Of a stretch of 64,000 bases of DNA, positions 11,502 through 22,646 are shown piece after piece. The notes below the pieces were generated by a model. The model did not search any database, was not told the DNA's origin, and worked only from the letters and a program-made list of their open reading frames with translations. Both the position numbers and the translations under genes were made by a program. The stretch is taken from contig CAVWPA010000003.1 in assembly GCA_963756875.1 (NCBI GenBank), forward strand, positions 32,001 to 96,000. Reading direction: 5' to 3'. Position 1 is the first letter of the stretch. Each line of letters begins with the position of its first letter. Source of the stretch: an uncultured Verrucomicrobiae bacterium (GTDB lineage: Bacteria; Verrucomicrobiota; Verrucomicrobiia; Chthoniobacterales; UBA10450).

Positions 11502-12872
11502 TTATTTCACCGTCACCAGCGTGCCAATTGGAATTTCGGCGAAAAGCCTGCGAGCCGCGTCGCCGGGCAACCGAATGCAACCGTGCGAAGCCGGATGATT
11601 GGGAACGAATCCCTCGTGCATTCCGAAGTCCAGGCAACTCAGGCGCATGAAATAGGGCATCTCTACCTTATAGATGGTGGAGCGATGGCTCCGCTCCTTA
11701 TCGGTGATCACATAATCCCCGACCCGGGTCGAGTATCCCTGCCGGCCGGTCGAACAGATCGTGTCAAACACCGACACGCCGTCTTTAATAAGAGCCACGT
11801 GCTGCGATGCGAGCGAGATTTCGACGCGAAGGCGGTTCGGCGACGGCCCGCTGCCGAGGAGCAACTGGGTCGATTGCCAGTTTCCGATTTCGGCCGCGAA
11901 ATAAAGCGCCATCATTTTGTAGCGACCGGTCTTGCGGTTCCGGTCCGCGCCGGCCTCGAGCAGTGCGCGCACATAATCCGTTCGACCCGTGCCTGCCGCC
12001 AGCATGAGGACCGTCACGTTCCTGTCGTCTTCGATGTAGTTACGAAACGATTTGGGAAGCGACGCAAGAAACTCCCTGTCGTACTTGGGCGGAAGAGTAG
12101 TATTCGGATCGGCCCCGCAATCCAGAAGAGTGGCAAACCGGGAAGCGTCGTTCGCCACAATTGCATAAGCAAGAAGCGGCACCTTTTTGCCCTCCGGCGT
12201 GGGTGGAGTAGCATGCTTGCTTAGGAGCAGGCGAATCAAATCCCTGTTATCGTCCTCCAGAACGGCATTGAGCGCTCGTTGCGTTCCAACCTTCCAATCC
12301 GGCATAAGCGGAAGACGCTCTACGATGACACGAATGATTTCTTCATCGCCAGTGGCCAGGGCCGCTCCCAGCAAATCGTTGCCCGAGCCTTCGAGAACCG
12401 GCATTACTGACAGGAGAAACTTCACCGACTCCGTTTGTCCGGCCGCAATGGCGTAATAAAGCGCCGATCGCCCGCTCCGGTCCTTCGACTCGATATCCGT
12501 CACACGACCGACGAATTCGCGCAGCATGTCGGTCCTGCCCTGCATGGCCGCCGCCATCAGGGGCGTGAACCGGTTTTCATCCGCCAGATCCAGATTCGCC
12601 CCGGCATCAAGAAGCCGGCGCGTCGTCTTCCAATCGTGCTGCATCGCCGCGGCCAGAATGAGCGGACAATCATGATCGGCCCGCGCGTTCGGATTCACAT
12701 GCTTGTCGATATAAAGATCAATCAGCGACGTGCGATGCGCGGCGATGGCGCGGACAAATTCGTCTGCGGAGATGGAACTCGGGGCGCGAGGTTCTGGCCC
12801 AAGCGGTCCGGCCGCGACAAGCAGGAAACCCGCTACCGCGCCGATGAAGAAATTAGGCTTGAACGCACGCAT
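11502..12872 (-). CDS. secreted ankyrin-repeat protein with C-terminal L,D-transpeptidase (YkuD) domain
   Basis: Signal-like N-terminus; ankyrin motifs (TPLMAAA, SALYYAI, TVLMLAA, GADPN); MHEGFVPNHPASHGCIRL. Confidence 0.85.
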   Translation of the reverse strand: MRAFKPNFFIGAVAGFLLVAAGPLGPEPRAPSSISADEFVRAIAAHRTSLIDLYIDKHVNPNARADHDCPLILAAAMQHDWKTTRRLLDAGANLDLADENRFTPLMAAAMQGRTDMLREFVGRVTDIESKDRSGRSALYYAIAAGQTESVKFLLSVMPVLEGSGNDLLGAALATGDEEIIRVIVERLPLMPDWKVGTQRALNAVLEDDNRDLIRLLLSKHATPPTPEGKKVPLLAYAIVANDASRFATLLDCGADPNTTLPPKYDREFLASLPKSFRNYIEDDRNVTVLMLAAGTGRTDYVRALLEAGADRNRKTGRYKMMALYFAAEIGNWQSTQLLLGSGPSPNRLRVEISLASQHVALIKDGVSVFDTICSTGRQGYSTRVGDYVITDKERSHRSTIYKVEMPYFMRLSCLDFGMHEGFVPNHPASHGCIRLPGDAARRLFAEIPIGTLVTVK

Positions 12873-13093
12873 AAAGAGTGTGAAACACGCCCAGATATGC
12901 TACACGGTATGTCAAGCAACTCGAGGGTCAACTTTGTCCGCCCCGTCTGACTCGAAATTCCCCTTAAACCGGGCGAATCAATCGAACAAGCTGGCGGCGC
13001 GGCGTGGATGATGAATCCACGAACATGGAAGGAGAACCGAGGGCGAGCCAATCAATGAACGTTGCCCGTAAAATGCTGTCCAAGTTCCAACAT

Positions 13094-14560
13094 ATGCGCT
13101 TATCGCCGATCTTCGCCTTACTTCTCGCCGCCAACGTGATGCCAGCCATGGCGGCCACGCCGGAAGGCACAGCCACGGTCTCGCCCATGACCGCCGCAGC
13201 CGGCAAGGATGTTGTGCACCAGCTGAACAACGCTTTTGCGAGGGTTTTTGACGAAGTCGCGCCGAGCGTCGTGATCATTGAGGTCTCGAAAAAGAACGAC
13301 GGCAGCGAGGGGTTTTCGTTTGACGACCTCTTTTTCCAAGGGCCGCCGGATCAAAACAATCCACATCAAAACCTCCACAATTTGCAACCGATCCAAAGTG
13401 AGGGCTCCGGATTCATCGTTCGGCCGGACGGTTACATTTTCACCAACTTTCATGTGGTAGAAGGCGCCGACCAGATCGAAGTGAAGCTCAAGGACGGGCG
13501 CGAATTTTCAGCCAAGACCGTCGGCACCGACGAAAAGACGGATGTTGCTGTAATTAAGATCAACGCCAAGGATTTGCCGGTGGTGAAGCTGGGCGACAGC
13601 GACGCCGTGCGCGTCGGCCAGTTCGCCTTTGCAATCGGCGCGCCGTTCAAGCTCGATTACACTTTCACTTACGGCGTGATCAGCGGCAAAGGCCGGAGCA
13701 AATTAATCGCGACGGGCGGCTACTCGATTTCGGATTACATCCAAACCGATGCCTCCATTAATCCGGGCAACAGCGGCGGACCGCTCTGCGATATTGACGG
13801 GAACGTGATCGGCATGAACGCTCTGATCAACGGGTTGAATCGCGGGCTCGGGTTCGCCATTCCAATCAACATGGTCAAGGATGTGGGCGGCCAGCTCATC
13901 GCCGGGCACAAAATCGTCCGCGCCTGGCTCGGCATCCGCATCGAAACGCTCGGCGACGATCCGTCGATCCGGGATTTGTTCAAGGGTCTCGACCGCGGCG
14001 TCGTGGTACGCACCATTGAGGCCGATGCGCCCGCTTACAAAAGCGATCTGCGTCCATTCGACGTGATTACTCAGGTCGACGGTAATCCGGTCACGACCGA
14101 TTCGGAATTGCAACACGAGGTCCTGAAAAAGAAGGTCGGGGAGAAAGTCGAACTGACGGTGTGGCGCAAGGGCCAGACGATCAAAATCCCGGTGACGACC
14201 GGCGAATTGCCTGACGAAATCACGCGCGCCTCAAACGAGCCGGTGGAGCCGGTGCAACCGCGCCAGGAAGATCTGGGTAAATTCGGTCTGCAAGTCCAGG
14301 ACTTGAGCAAGGAAGTTGCCCAACGTCTGCACCTCGGTGTTCAAAAAGGGGTCATTGTAACCGACGTGACCGACAACAGCATCGCTGCCGGCCAAGGACT
14401 CGAGCGACAGGACGTGATTACTGAGGTGGATGGCAAGCCAGTTACCGACGTGCGGTCATTTCGCGACGCACTCAGCAAGGCAGATCCCGGGCGCGGCGTC
14501 CTTCTTTACGTGGACCGCAAAGGGAGCAAAACCTTCGCCGTGCTCAAGGCCGGCGGTTAA
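13094..14560 (+). CDS. degP: HtrA/DegP periplasmic serine protease with two PDZ domains
   Basis: GSGFIV, TNFHVV, TDVAV, QTDASINPGNSGGPL; start uncertain (13004-13094). Confidence 0.92.
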   Translation: MRLSPIFALLLAANVMPAMAATPEGTATVSPMTAAAGKDVVHQLNNAFARVFDEVAPSVVIIEVSKKNDGSEGFSFDDLFFQGPPDQNNPHQNLHNLQPIQSEGSGFIVRPDGYIFTNFHVVEGADQIEVKLKDGREFSAKTVGTDEKTDVAVIKINAKDLPVVKLGDSDAVRVGQFAFAIGAPFKLDYTFTYGVISGKGRSKLIATGGYSISDYIQTDASINPGNSGGPLCDIDGNVIGMNALINGLNRGLGFAIPINMVKDVGGQLIAGHKIVRAWLGIRIETLGDDPSIRDLFKGLDRGVVVRTIEADAPAYKSDLRPFDVITQVDGNPVTTDSELQHEVLKKKVGEKVELTVWRKGQTIKIPVTTGELPDEITRASNEPVEPVQPRQEDLGKFGLQVQDLSKEVAQRLHLGVQKGVIVTDVTDNSIAAGQGLERQDVITEVDGKPVTDVRSFRDALSKADPGRGVLLYVDRKGSKTFAVLKAGG

Positions 14561-14614
14561 GACGGCCCTGATATTCGCCGGTCGGCATCAGACTTAACGT
14601 CCGAGACTGTCGTC

Positions 14615-14836
14615 CTAGCTTTTGCGGGCGCCAATCACGACCAGGACGATTCCCCCGACCAGACAAATGCCGCTGACCGCGGGAGGAAAACTGATCCCGT
14701 GTCCTTCTTCGTGGGTGATCTCCAGAGGTCCGAGCTGCGCGTCCTTCTTTTTGGTCGTCCAGCCCAGGCCGCCCCAGGCAAAGCCGGCAATACCGATGGC
14801 GATGAGAATGATCCCGACAATTACGGTGACTTTCAT
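14615..14836 (-). CDS. small two-TM membrane protein (DUF3185-like)
   Basis: 73 aa, two hydrophobic helices flanking AQLGPLEIT. Confidence 0.7.
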   Translation of the reverse strand: MKVTVIVGIILIAIGIAGFAWGGLGWTTKKKDAQLGPLEITHEEGHGISFPPAVSGICLVGGIVLVVIGARKS

Positions 14837-14846
14837 ATGAAGCGCC

Positions 14847-14996
14847 CTACAACACTCGCCGGCCTTGGATTAACCGGATAATGAGCACCACTACCGCGAT
14901 CACCAGCAAAATGTGAATGAATCCGCCCAGCGTGTAGGAAGTAACCACGCCGAGCAGCCAGAGTATGAGCAGAATAAAAAAGATGGTCCAAAGCAT
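14847..14996 (-). CDS. lmo0937 family small membrane protein
   Basis: Manual translation MLWTIFFILLILWLLGVVTSYTLGGFIHILLVIAVVVLIIRLIQGRRVL (49 aa, not in ORF track); AAGGA SD upstream. Confidence 0.85.
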   Translation of the reverse strand: MLWTIFFILLILWLLGVVTSYTLGGFIHILLVIAVVVLIIRLIQGRRVL

Positions 14997-15106
14997 AGGA
15001 TTCCTTTCGTTGAGTTTCCCTTAATTCGTTTTCGGGATGATTAATGCGCTTATTTTCGTTGCTCCTCGTAGTCGTTGCGGGCTCCAGTTGTCAAGCTCTA
15101 AGCCGC

Positions 15107-15247
15107 TGTAAAGGCTGACCTCCCGGCGGCGCCCGCGCACGGGCACGTTATCAAACTCGGCAAGGGAAGCCGCTACAGTTGTTGTAGCTGCTGCCGCTGG
15201 CTGCGGCAGGGGACTACGAAACACCGCGCTCGTCGACCGCGACTACA
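15107..15247. repeat. two tandem degenerate TGTA...CTACA REP doublets
   Basis: tgtaaaggc...gccgctaca (15107-15177) and tgtagctgc...gcgactaca (15183-15247); the latter overlaps the murQ stop codon. Confidence 0.55.
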
Positions 15248-17036
15248 GCCCGGATCTGAGCGTATCTACAACGGCACGCAAATTCCAGCCGCTCGCCTCA
15301 AGCTGCGAACGGGCCGAGTCATAGTCGCATTGCGCCAGCTCGGCCACCATCCGTGTCGCTCGATCGCGCAACTTCGTGCTGGATGCATGCAGATCGATCA
15401 TCAAATTGCCGCGCACCTTGCCGAGCGCGATCATCGCGCCGGTGCTGATAATGTTGAGCGCGATTTTTGTCGCGGTTCCCGCTTTCAAGCGCGTAGATCC
15501 GGTCAAAATTTCGGGACCGACTGCAAGCGCGATCACAAGATCCGCGGTTCCTGCAGGGGCGGCCGTGCCGGCCGCTACAGCGCAGTCCGGATTACACGTC
15601 AACAAAATGGTCTTTGCGCCCAACGACTTCGCGTGAGCCAAGGCGCCAAGCACAAACGGTGTCCGGCCACTGGCCGTGACGCCGACAACCAGATCCGCGC
15701 CCTTTATTCCGCGCGAATCCATCGCAAGTGCGCCGCCGCTTTTTGCGTCCTCCGCGCCTTCCACGCTGCGCGATAACGCTGGCGCCCCGCCTGCGATGAT
15801 TCCCTGAACCAGCTCTGCCGGCGCACCAAACGTCGGCGGAATCTCACTGGCGTCGAGAACTCCAAGCCGGCCGCTTGTTCCCGCCCCGACGTAAAACAAT
15901 CGCCCCCCCTTGCCAAGCGCGCCTGCGGCCATTTCCACAGCGCGGGCAAGATCTCCGCTCGAACCACGCAGGGCCTCCTGCACGAATTTTTCCTCTTCGA
16001 CAAACAGCGCGACCAGTTCCCGCGCGCCCATTTTCTCCAAGTTTTGCGAACGCGGGTTCGATTGCTCGGTTAGCGCATTGGCAAGAGTATCGATTTGTTC
16101 GTCGGCTGGTTTCCACTGAAGGTTTGCCGGCTCCGGCATCTCGGTAGCGAGCCAGGCCGCCCCCATCTCGGGTGCGCGCTCTGCATTCGCAACGCGTGCA
16201 TCGGGGAGGTTCTTTTTTAACCTCCGGCGAAACGCATGAGTATAGATCGAGTCGCGATAAAAAAGGCCGCCCAGCAGCATCACTTTGGGGGCAAGCAGAT
16301 GCAGCCGCGACGCCAGAGTCTCCGTGTATTCGCAGAGAACACGCGCCCCTTCCTCGACGATTTCCATAACCGCTGCGTCGCCTCCGGCGGCCGCCTCGAA
16401 GATCACCGGTGTCAGACTGGCCACCTGCATTTTGTCCGCCGTCTGGGCCCAGCGGACCAGCTCGTCCAGATTATTCAGTGCCAGGGCCTGCAGGATTTTG
16501 GCGGCGAATTGCAATTCGCCGCGGTGTAAATCGTATTCGCGTAGAATCAACCGCAGCGCCTGGATGCTGAGAAAATATCCGCCCCCGGCATCTCCGAGGA
16601 CGTGCCCCCACCCGCCTGCGTTCTCGACCCGATCGCCGCGTTTCCCGGTGACCGAAGATCCGCTGCCGGCATTCACCACAATCCCGTCGTTGTGTCCAAG
16701 CGCCGCGGCAAATCCCGATTCCCGATCGCTGCCTGTCACAATCGCGGCGCCCGGCCAAATCTCGCGGCAAAGACGTGAGAGCGACTGGCGATCTTCTTCG
16801 GTACCACAACCGGCGAGAAAAATTCCGGCCCGATCGATTTGCTTCGGGAGTTCCGCAAAAATTGCGTGCAACCGCTCAGGCGTGGCGAGACGAAAATTCG
16901 ATGGCGGCAGTTTTCCCTGGTCGATAGCTCGCAACTGCGGAGCGGAGTCTCCGCTTTCGGCTACGGCTTCCACCAAAACCCAGGCTGTTTTAGTTCCGCC
17001 TCCTTCGGCCCCGAGGATTCGCTCGCTCGGTTTCAC
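15243..17036 (-). CDS. murQ: fusion of BadF/BcrA-type sugar (GlcNAc/MurNAc) kinase and N-acetylmuramic acid 6-phosphate etherase
   Basis: N-half: GAEGGGTKT, NAGSGS, GGWGHVLGDAGGG. C-half: TEQSNPRS, GAGTSGRLGVLDASEIPPTFG, EGAED, GPEILTGSTRLKAGTATK. Confidence 0.9.
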   Translation of the reverse strand: MKPSERILGAEGGGTKTAWVLVEAVAESGDSAPQLRAIDQGKLPPSNFRLATPERLHAIFAELPKQIDRAGIFLAGCGTEEDRQSLSRLCREIWPGAAIVTGSDRESGFAAALGHNDGIVVNAGSGSSVTGKRGDRVENAGGWGHVLGDAGGGYFLSIQALRLILREYDLHRGELQFAAKILQALALNNLDELVRWAQTADKMQVASLTPVIFEAAAGGDAAVMEIVEEGARVLCEYTETLASRLHLLAPKVMLLGGLFYRDSIYTHAFRRRLKKNLPDARVANAERAPEMGAAWLATEMPEPANLQWKPADEQIDTLANALTEQSNPRSQNLEKMGARELVALFVEEEKFVQEALRGSSGDLARAVEMAAGALGKGGRLFYVGAGTSGRLGVLDASEIPPTFGAPAELVQGIIAGGAPALSRSVEGAEDAKSGGALAMDSRGIKGADLVVGVTASGRTPFVLGALAHAKSLGAKTILLTCNPDCAVAAGTAAPAGTADLVIALAVGPEILTGSTRLKAGTATKIALNIISTGAMIALGKVRGNLMIDLHASSTKLRDRATRMVAELAQCDYDSARSQLEASGWNLRAVVDTLRSGL

Positions 17037-17105
17037 ATTTCGTTATGCTTAGACCCTTTGCGGAAAATTGAAAGCTCCAAAAGGAGGGATGCCGCACAGC
17101 GGCGT

Positions 17106-19444
<2,339 letters not shown>

Positions 19445-19472
19445 ATTCGGAGGAGAGAAAAAGCGGTCGTCT

Positions 19473-20555
19473 TTACCGCGGCCGCGCCTGCAAGCTCAAT
19501 GGCATGGCCTGGTTGTTCAGCGGAGGAGCAGCAAGAAGTGGCAAGCGCTGACGTCTGGCGTCAGGATGAACGGCAGCCTGAATATTAAACGTCAATTTCT
19601 GGCCGTTCCGCACAACCGTTACCGGGACGAGATCGCCCGCTGTGAGAAAAAACGAAGCGTCCAGAACGTCTTCCGGCTCGTGGACCTTTATCTTGCCCAC
19701 CTGCAAAAGGATATCGCTGGGGCGCAATCCCGAATCGTTCGCCGGCGTGGTGCCGATAATTTCGGTAATCTTCGTGTGAGAGCCGTCCACGGCGTTTGCC
19801 GCCCTGGATACGGTTGCTCCGATCCAGCCGTGGCGCACTTCACCGAAGCGGACGAAATCGCTTCGGATCTTCTCGGCGACTTCAACCGGCACGGCGTAGC
19901 AGGCGGAACCGTTATCGAGACTGCTAACGACAATTCCCACCACTTCGCCTTTCAAATTCAAGAGGGGGGCGCCGGACTCGCCGCGTTGGGCCGGCAGATT
20001 CACGCGCAGATGCGTCGTGGAAAAATATTGGCCAAGATATTTGTGATCGAATCCGGCAATCATGCCGAAACTGGGCGTCTCGGGAAGATCGAGCGGGTAG
20101 CCGATGGCGACGACGGGTGTAGCGACCTCCATCTCCCTCGACTTGCCGATTGGCAGCGCCGGCGTAACGAGGTCCACCTTTAGCATGGCCAGTCCGCTGC
20201 GGATATCAGCCACCACCTGGCGAGCGGGGTAGCTTTCGCCGTTATATTCAACACTGAAGTCATCCGCTTCGCCGCCGACTGTATAAGAAGTGTAAAGCAT
20301 GCCGGTGGGATCGATAAAAAAACCGGTTCCACACAATTCGCCATGGCGGTCGATCGCGCGAACCTTGACGACCGCTTTGGCAGCCTGTTCAAACACGCCC
20401 CGCACCTGCCGGCTAATCGCGGTCGCTGTGGTCTGTTCTTCGCCGGCGCACAGTGCGCCGGGTGCCATTGCGCAACCCAGAACGACGAATGTCGCGGCCA
20501 GCTTCGCCCCGGGTAGAAGGGAAAAGGGGCGCCTAGAACTTGAAAGTCGTCTCAT
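19473..20555 (-). CDS. S1C (HtrA-like) trypsin plus PDZ protein with apparently degenerate catalytic triad
   Basis: GTGFFID, AIGYPL, GESGAPLLNLKGEVVGI, C-terminal PDZ; expected His and Asp not evident. Confidence 0.8.
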   Translation of the reverse strand: MRRLSSSRRPFSLLPGAKLAATFVVLGCAMAPGALCAGEEQTTATAISRQVRGVFEQAAKAVVKVRAIDRHGELCGTGFFIDPTGMLYTSYTVGGEADDFSVEYNGESYPARQVVADIRSGLAMLKVDLVTPALPIGKSREMEVATPVVAIGYPLDLPETPSFGMIAGFDHKYLGQYFSTTHLRVNLPAQRGESGAPLLNLKGEVVGIVVSSLDNGSACYAVPVEVAEKIRSDFVRFGEVRHGWIGATVSRAANAVDGSHTKITEIIGTTPANDSGLRPSDILLQVGKIKVHEPEDVLDASFFLTAGDLVPVTVVRNGQKLTFNIQAAVHPDARRQRLPLLAAPPLNNQAMPLSLQARPR

Positions 20556-21039
20556 AACTCACGGGAACACTGTCGAGCACGTAACGCGGAGGCGTCGCGG
20601 CCAGGTGAGTGTGGACGCTTTCAATGGGGTTGTGAAGCGGCTGCGTGCTAAAGAACCGAGTCGTCACTGGAGAGGCGAGATTCCATTCCGCGTCCATGCT
20701 TCCTGATGGGGCAATCGCTTGCCCATGCACAGCTGGCCGATCTTGCACAGCAACCCTGGCTGGCTCAGAAGGCTGATAAATTTTGAGAGAAATAAACGCG
20801 GCGCAAATCAGCACGGCCGTCGCGGCGGCGGGATAGGAAATCACCGTGGACAGATTCAGCCCGCGCACAAAACCCTGTGCGCGATCCAAACAGAGACGCC
20901 AGAGCGGTTGACGAAGCAGTTCGTCGCGCTGACGACGATGAAACTCGTGCAGGAAATTCTCAAAGTAACCCGGAGGCGGCTGCTCGTATCTCTTCAGCCG
21001 AAGCAATCTTGCAATCTCGTTGTCGTTAAATTCGTCCAT
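20533..21039 (-). CDS. putative membrane-anchored anti-sigma factor
   Basis: Immediately downstream of ECF sigma; soluble N-terminus (LLRLKRYEQPPPGYFENFL) plus one TM. Confidence 0.55.
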   Translation of the reverse strand: MDEFNDNEIARLLRLKRYEQPPPGYFENFLHEFHRRQRDELLRQPLWRLCLDRAQGFVRGLNLSTVISYPAAATAVLICAAFISLKIYQPSEPARVAVQDRPAVHGQAIAPSGSMDAEWNLASPVTTRFFSTQPLHNPIESVHTHLAATPPRYVLDSVPVSYETTFKF

Positions 21040-21050
21040 GGATGCGCCGG

Positions 21051-21740
21051 TTAAGAAACAGGGTTTTTTCTGAATTCGTCCAAATAGCTTTGCAGTTGCC
21101 GGTTCGCGTAAAAGAGCCTGGAACGTACCGTTCCCTCCGAAACACGCAAGATCTTACTAATCTCTGCGTGGGGCATCCCTTGTATGTGAAACATGGTTAC
21201 CACGGCTCTGTGTTCTTCAGACAATTTCATCATCGCCTCGTTCAATCTTCTTTGGAGCTCTGAGAGGTCTGCCTCCCGCACCGGACTGTTGGTGGCCGTG
21301 GCCTCCAGGAACTCCCTGTCGTTCTGAATACTGGCATCGACGTCGTCCAGGCTGAGCTGATAGCGCCGGCCCCGTTTCTTCAGGAAATTCAGGGTCATGT
21401 TGACGGCTATGGAGTGGATCCAGGTGTAAAAGGAGGATTTCCCGCGAAAACCGCGGATTGCCTTGTATGCCTTCGAAAACACATCCTGTAGAAGGTCGTT
21501 CGTGTCCTCGTGGTTGGAGGTCATATTATAGACCAAGCCATAGAGACGCGGTGTGTACTTCACCACCAAATCGTCAAACGCACTGGCGTCACCCGCCTGT
21601 GTGCGCGCTACTAGTTCTCGATCTTCATCCCTGCGTGGTTGATCCATCGCTTTCCTTTTAGACTTAGCACCGGTCGGGATACCCGACGACAATAAATCGG
21701 TTATCCGACGAGCAACCGGGAGAGCAGCAGAAGCGTTCAT
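21051..21740 (-). CDS. ECF-type RNA polymerase sigma factor (RpoE-like)
   Basis: DLLQDVFSKAY, SSFYTWIHSIAVN (region 2), EISKILRVSEGTVRSRLFYA (region 4). Confidence 0.92.
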   Translation of the reverse strand: MNASAALPVARRITDLLSSGIPTGAKSKRKAMDQPRRDEDRELVARTQAGDASAFDDLVVKYTPRLYGLVYNMTSNHEDTNDLLQDVFSKAYKAIRGFRGKSSFYTWIHSIAVNMTLNFLKKRGRRYQLSLDDVDASIQNDREFLEATATNSPVREADLSELQRRLNEAMMKLSEEHRAVVTMFHIQGMPHAEISKILRVSEGTVRSRLFYANRQLQSYLDEFRKNPVS

Positions 21741-21759
21741 CTCTTCAATCAACCGCAAA

Positions 21760-22470
21760 TCAGCTCCGGCGGTCGCCGCGCACCGAAAGCAACCAGAGCA
21801 GGTTCCCAAGCGCCGCGATAAACGCCGCCACGTACGTAAGCGCCGCCGCGTTCAGGACTTTGTTTACGCCCGCGACTTCCGCGCCGGGCTGGACGATCCC
21901 CATTTGTTTCAAAATAATTTTTGCGCGTCGCGACGCGTCGAACTCCACCGGCAGGGTGATCAATTGGAAGACGAGCAGCACGATATAGCAATAGATGCCC
22001 AGGGTGATGAGCCCCGTCATTCGAAAGAACAGCCCGCCAAAGATGACAAAAGGCAGCATCTGCGAAGCAATCATGGTCATGGGGACAATTGCCATCCGCA
22101 TTTTGAGCGGCGCGTAGGCCTTCGCGTGCTGAATGGCGTGGCCGGTCTCGTGTGCGGCAATCCCAAGCGCGGCGACCGACGGCGTGTTGAAAACGTTGCT
22201 CGACAGACAAAGCTTCTTTGTTCGCGGGTCGTAATGGTCGCCCAGAAATCCGTTGATCTCTACAACGTCGACGTCCGGAATATGCGCAGCCTGCAGAATC
22301 TCTCGCGCGCATTCGGCGCCGGTGATGTTCGAACTCGCCCGCACCGCCCCCCATTTCTTAAACGCGCTGCTGACGCGGATCTGCGCCCAGATACCGACGA
22401 TTGCCGGCACAATGATATAAAGCAGCCAATGATGGCCGAGAAAAAAGCCGCCCCCGTAAGGATAAAACAT
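21760..22470 (-). CDS. neutral zinc metallopeptidase (YugP / Zn_peptidase_2 family)
   Basis: DHYDP, AAHETGHAIQH, TLPVEFDASRRA, AAALTYVAA. Confidence 0.9.
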   Translation of the reverse strand: MFYPYGGGFFLGHHWLLYIIVPAIVGIWAQIRVSSAFKKWGAVRASSNITGAECAREILQAAHIPDVDVVEINGFLGDHYDPRTKKLCLSSNVFNTPSVAALGIAAHETGHAIQHAKAYAPLKMRMAIVPMTMIASQMLPFVIFGGLFFRMTGLITLGIYCYIVLLVFQLITLPVEFDASRRAKIILKQMGIVQPGAEVAGVNKVLNAAALTYVAAFIAALGNLLWLLSVRGDRRS

Positions 22471-22646
22471 GCCAGTTCTAATTTAACGCTTCAAAGCGGA
22501 TTGTCACTTCGCTGCTGGTCTAGATTAGACGCTCCAAGGCTTTCTTCGTTCATTCTGAGCCGGTTAAGCCACTGCGGCGCCACCCTGTTAATTCATTCCG
22601 GTCCCGCCGTGGCAGGATCAGGATGACGGCGCGCAAGTATGCACGA

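Noticed and set aside
22549..22627. cattctgagc...caggatgac, resembling a GTCAT...ATGAC repeat family
   Set aside because: Single degenerate copy in the window; cannot be supported as a family member
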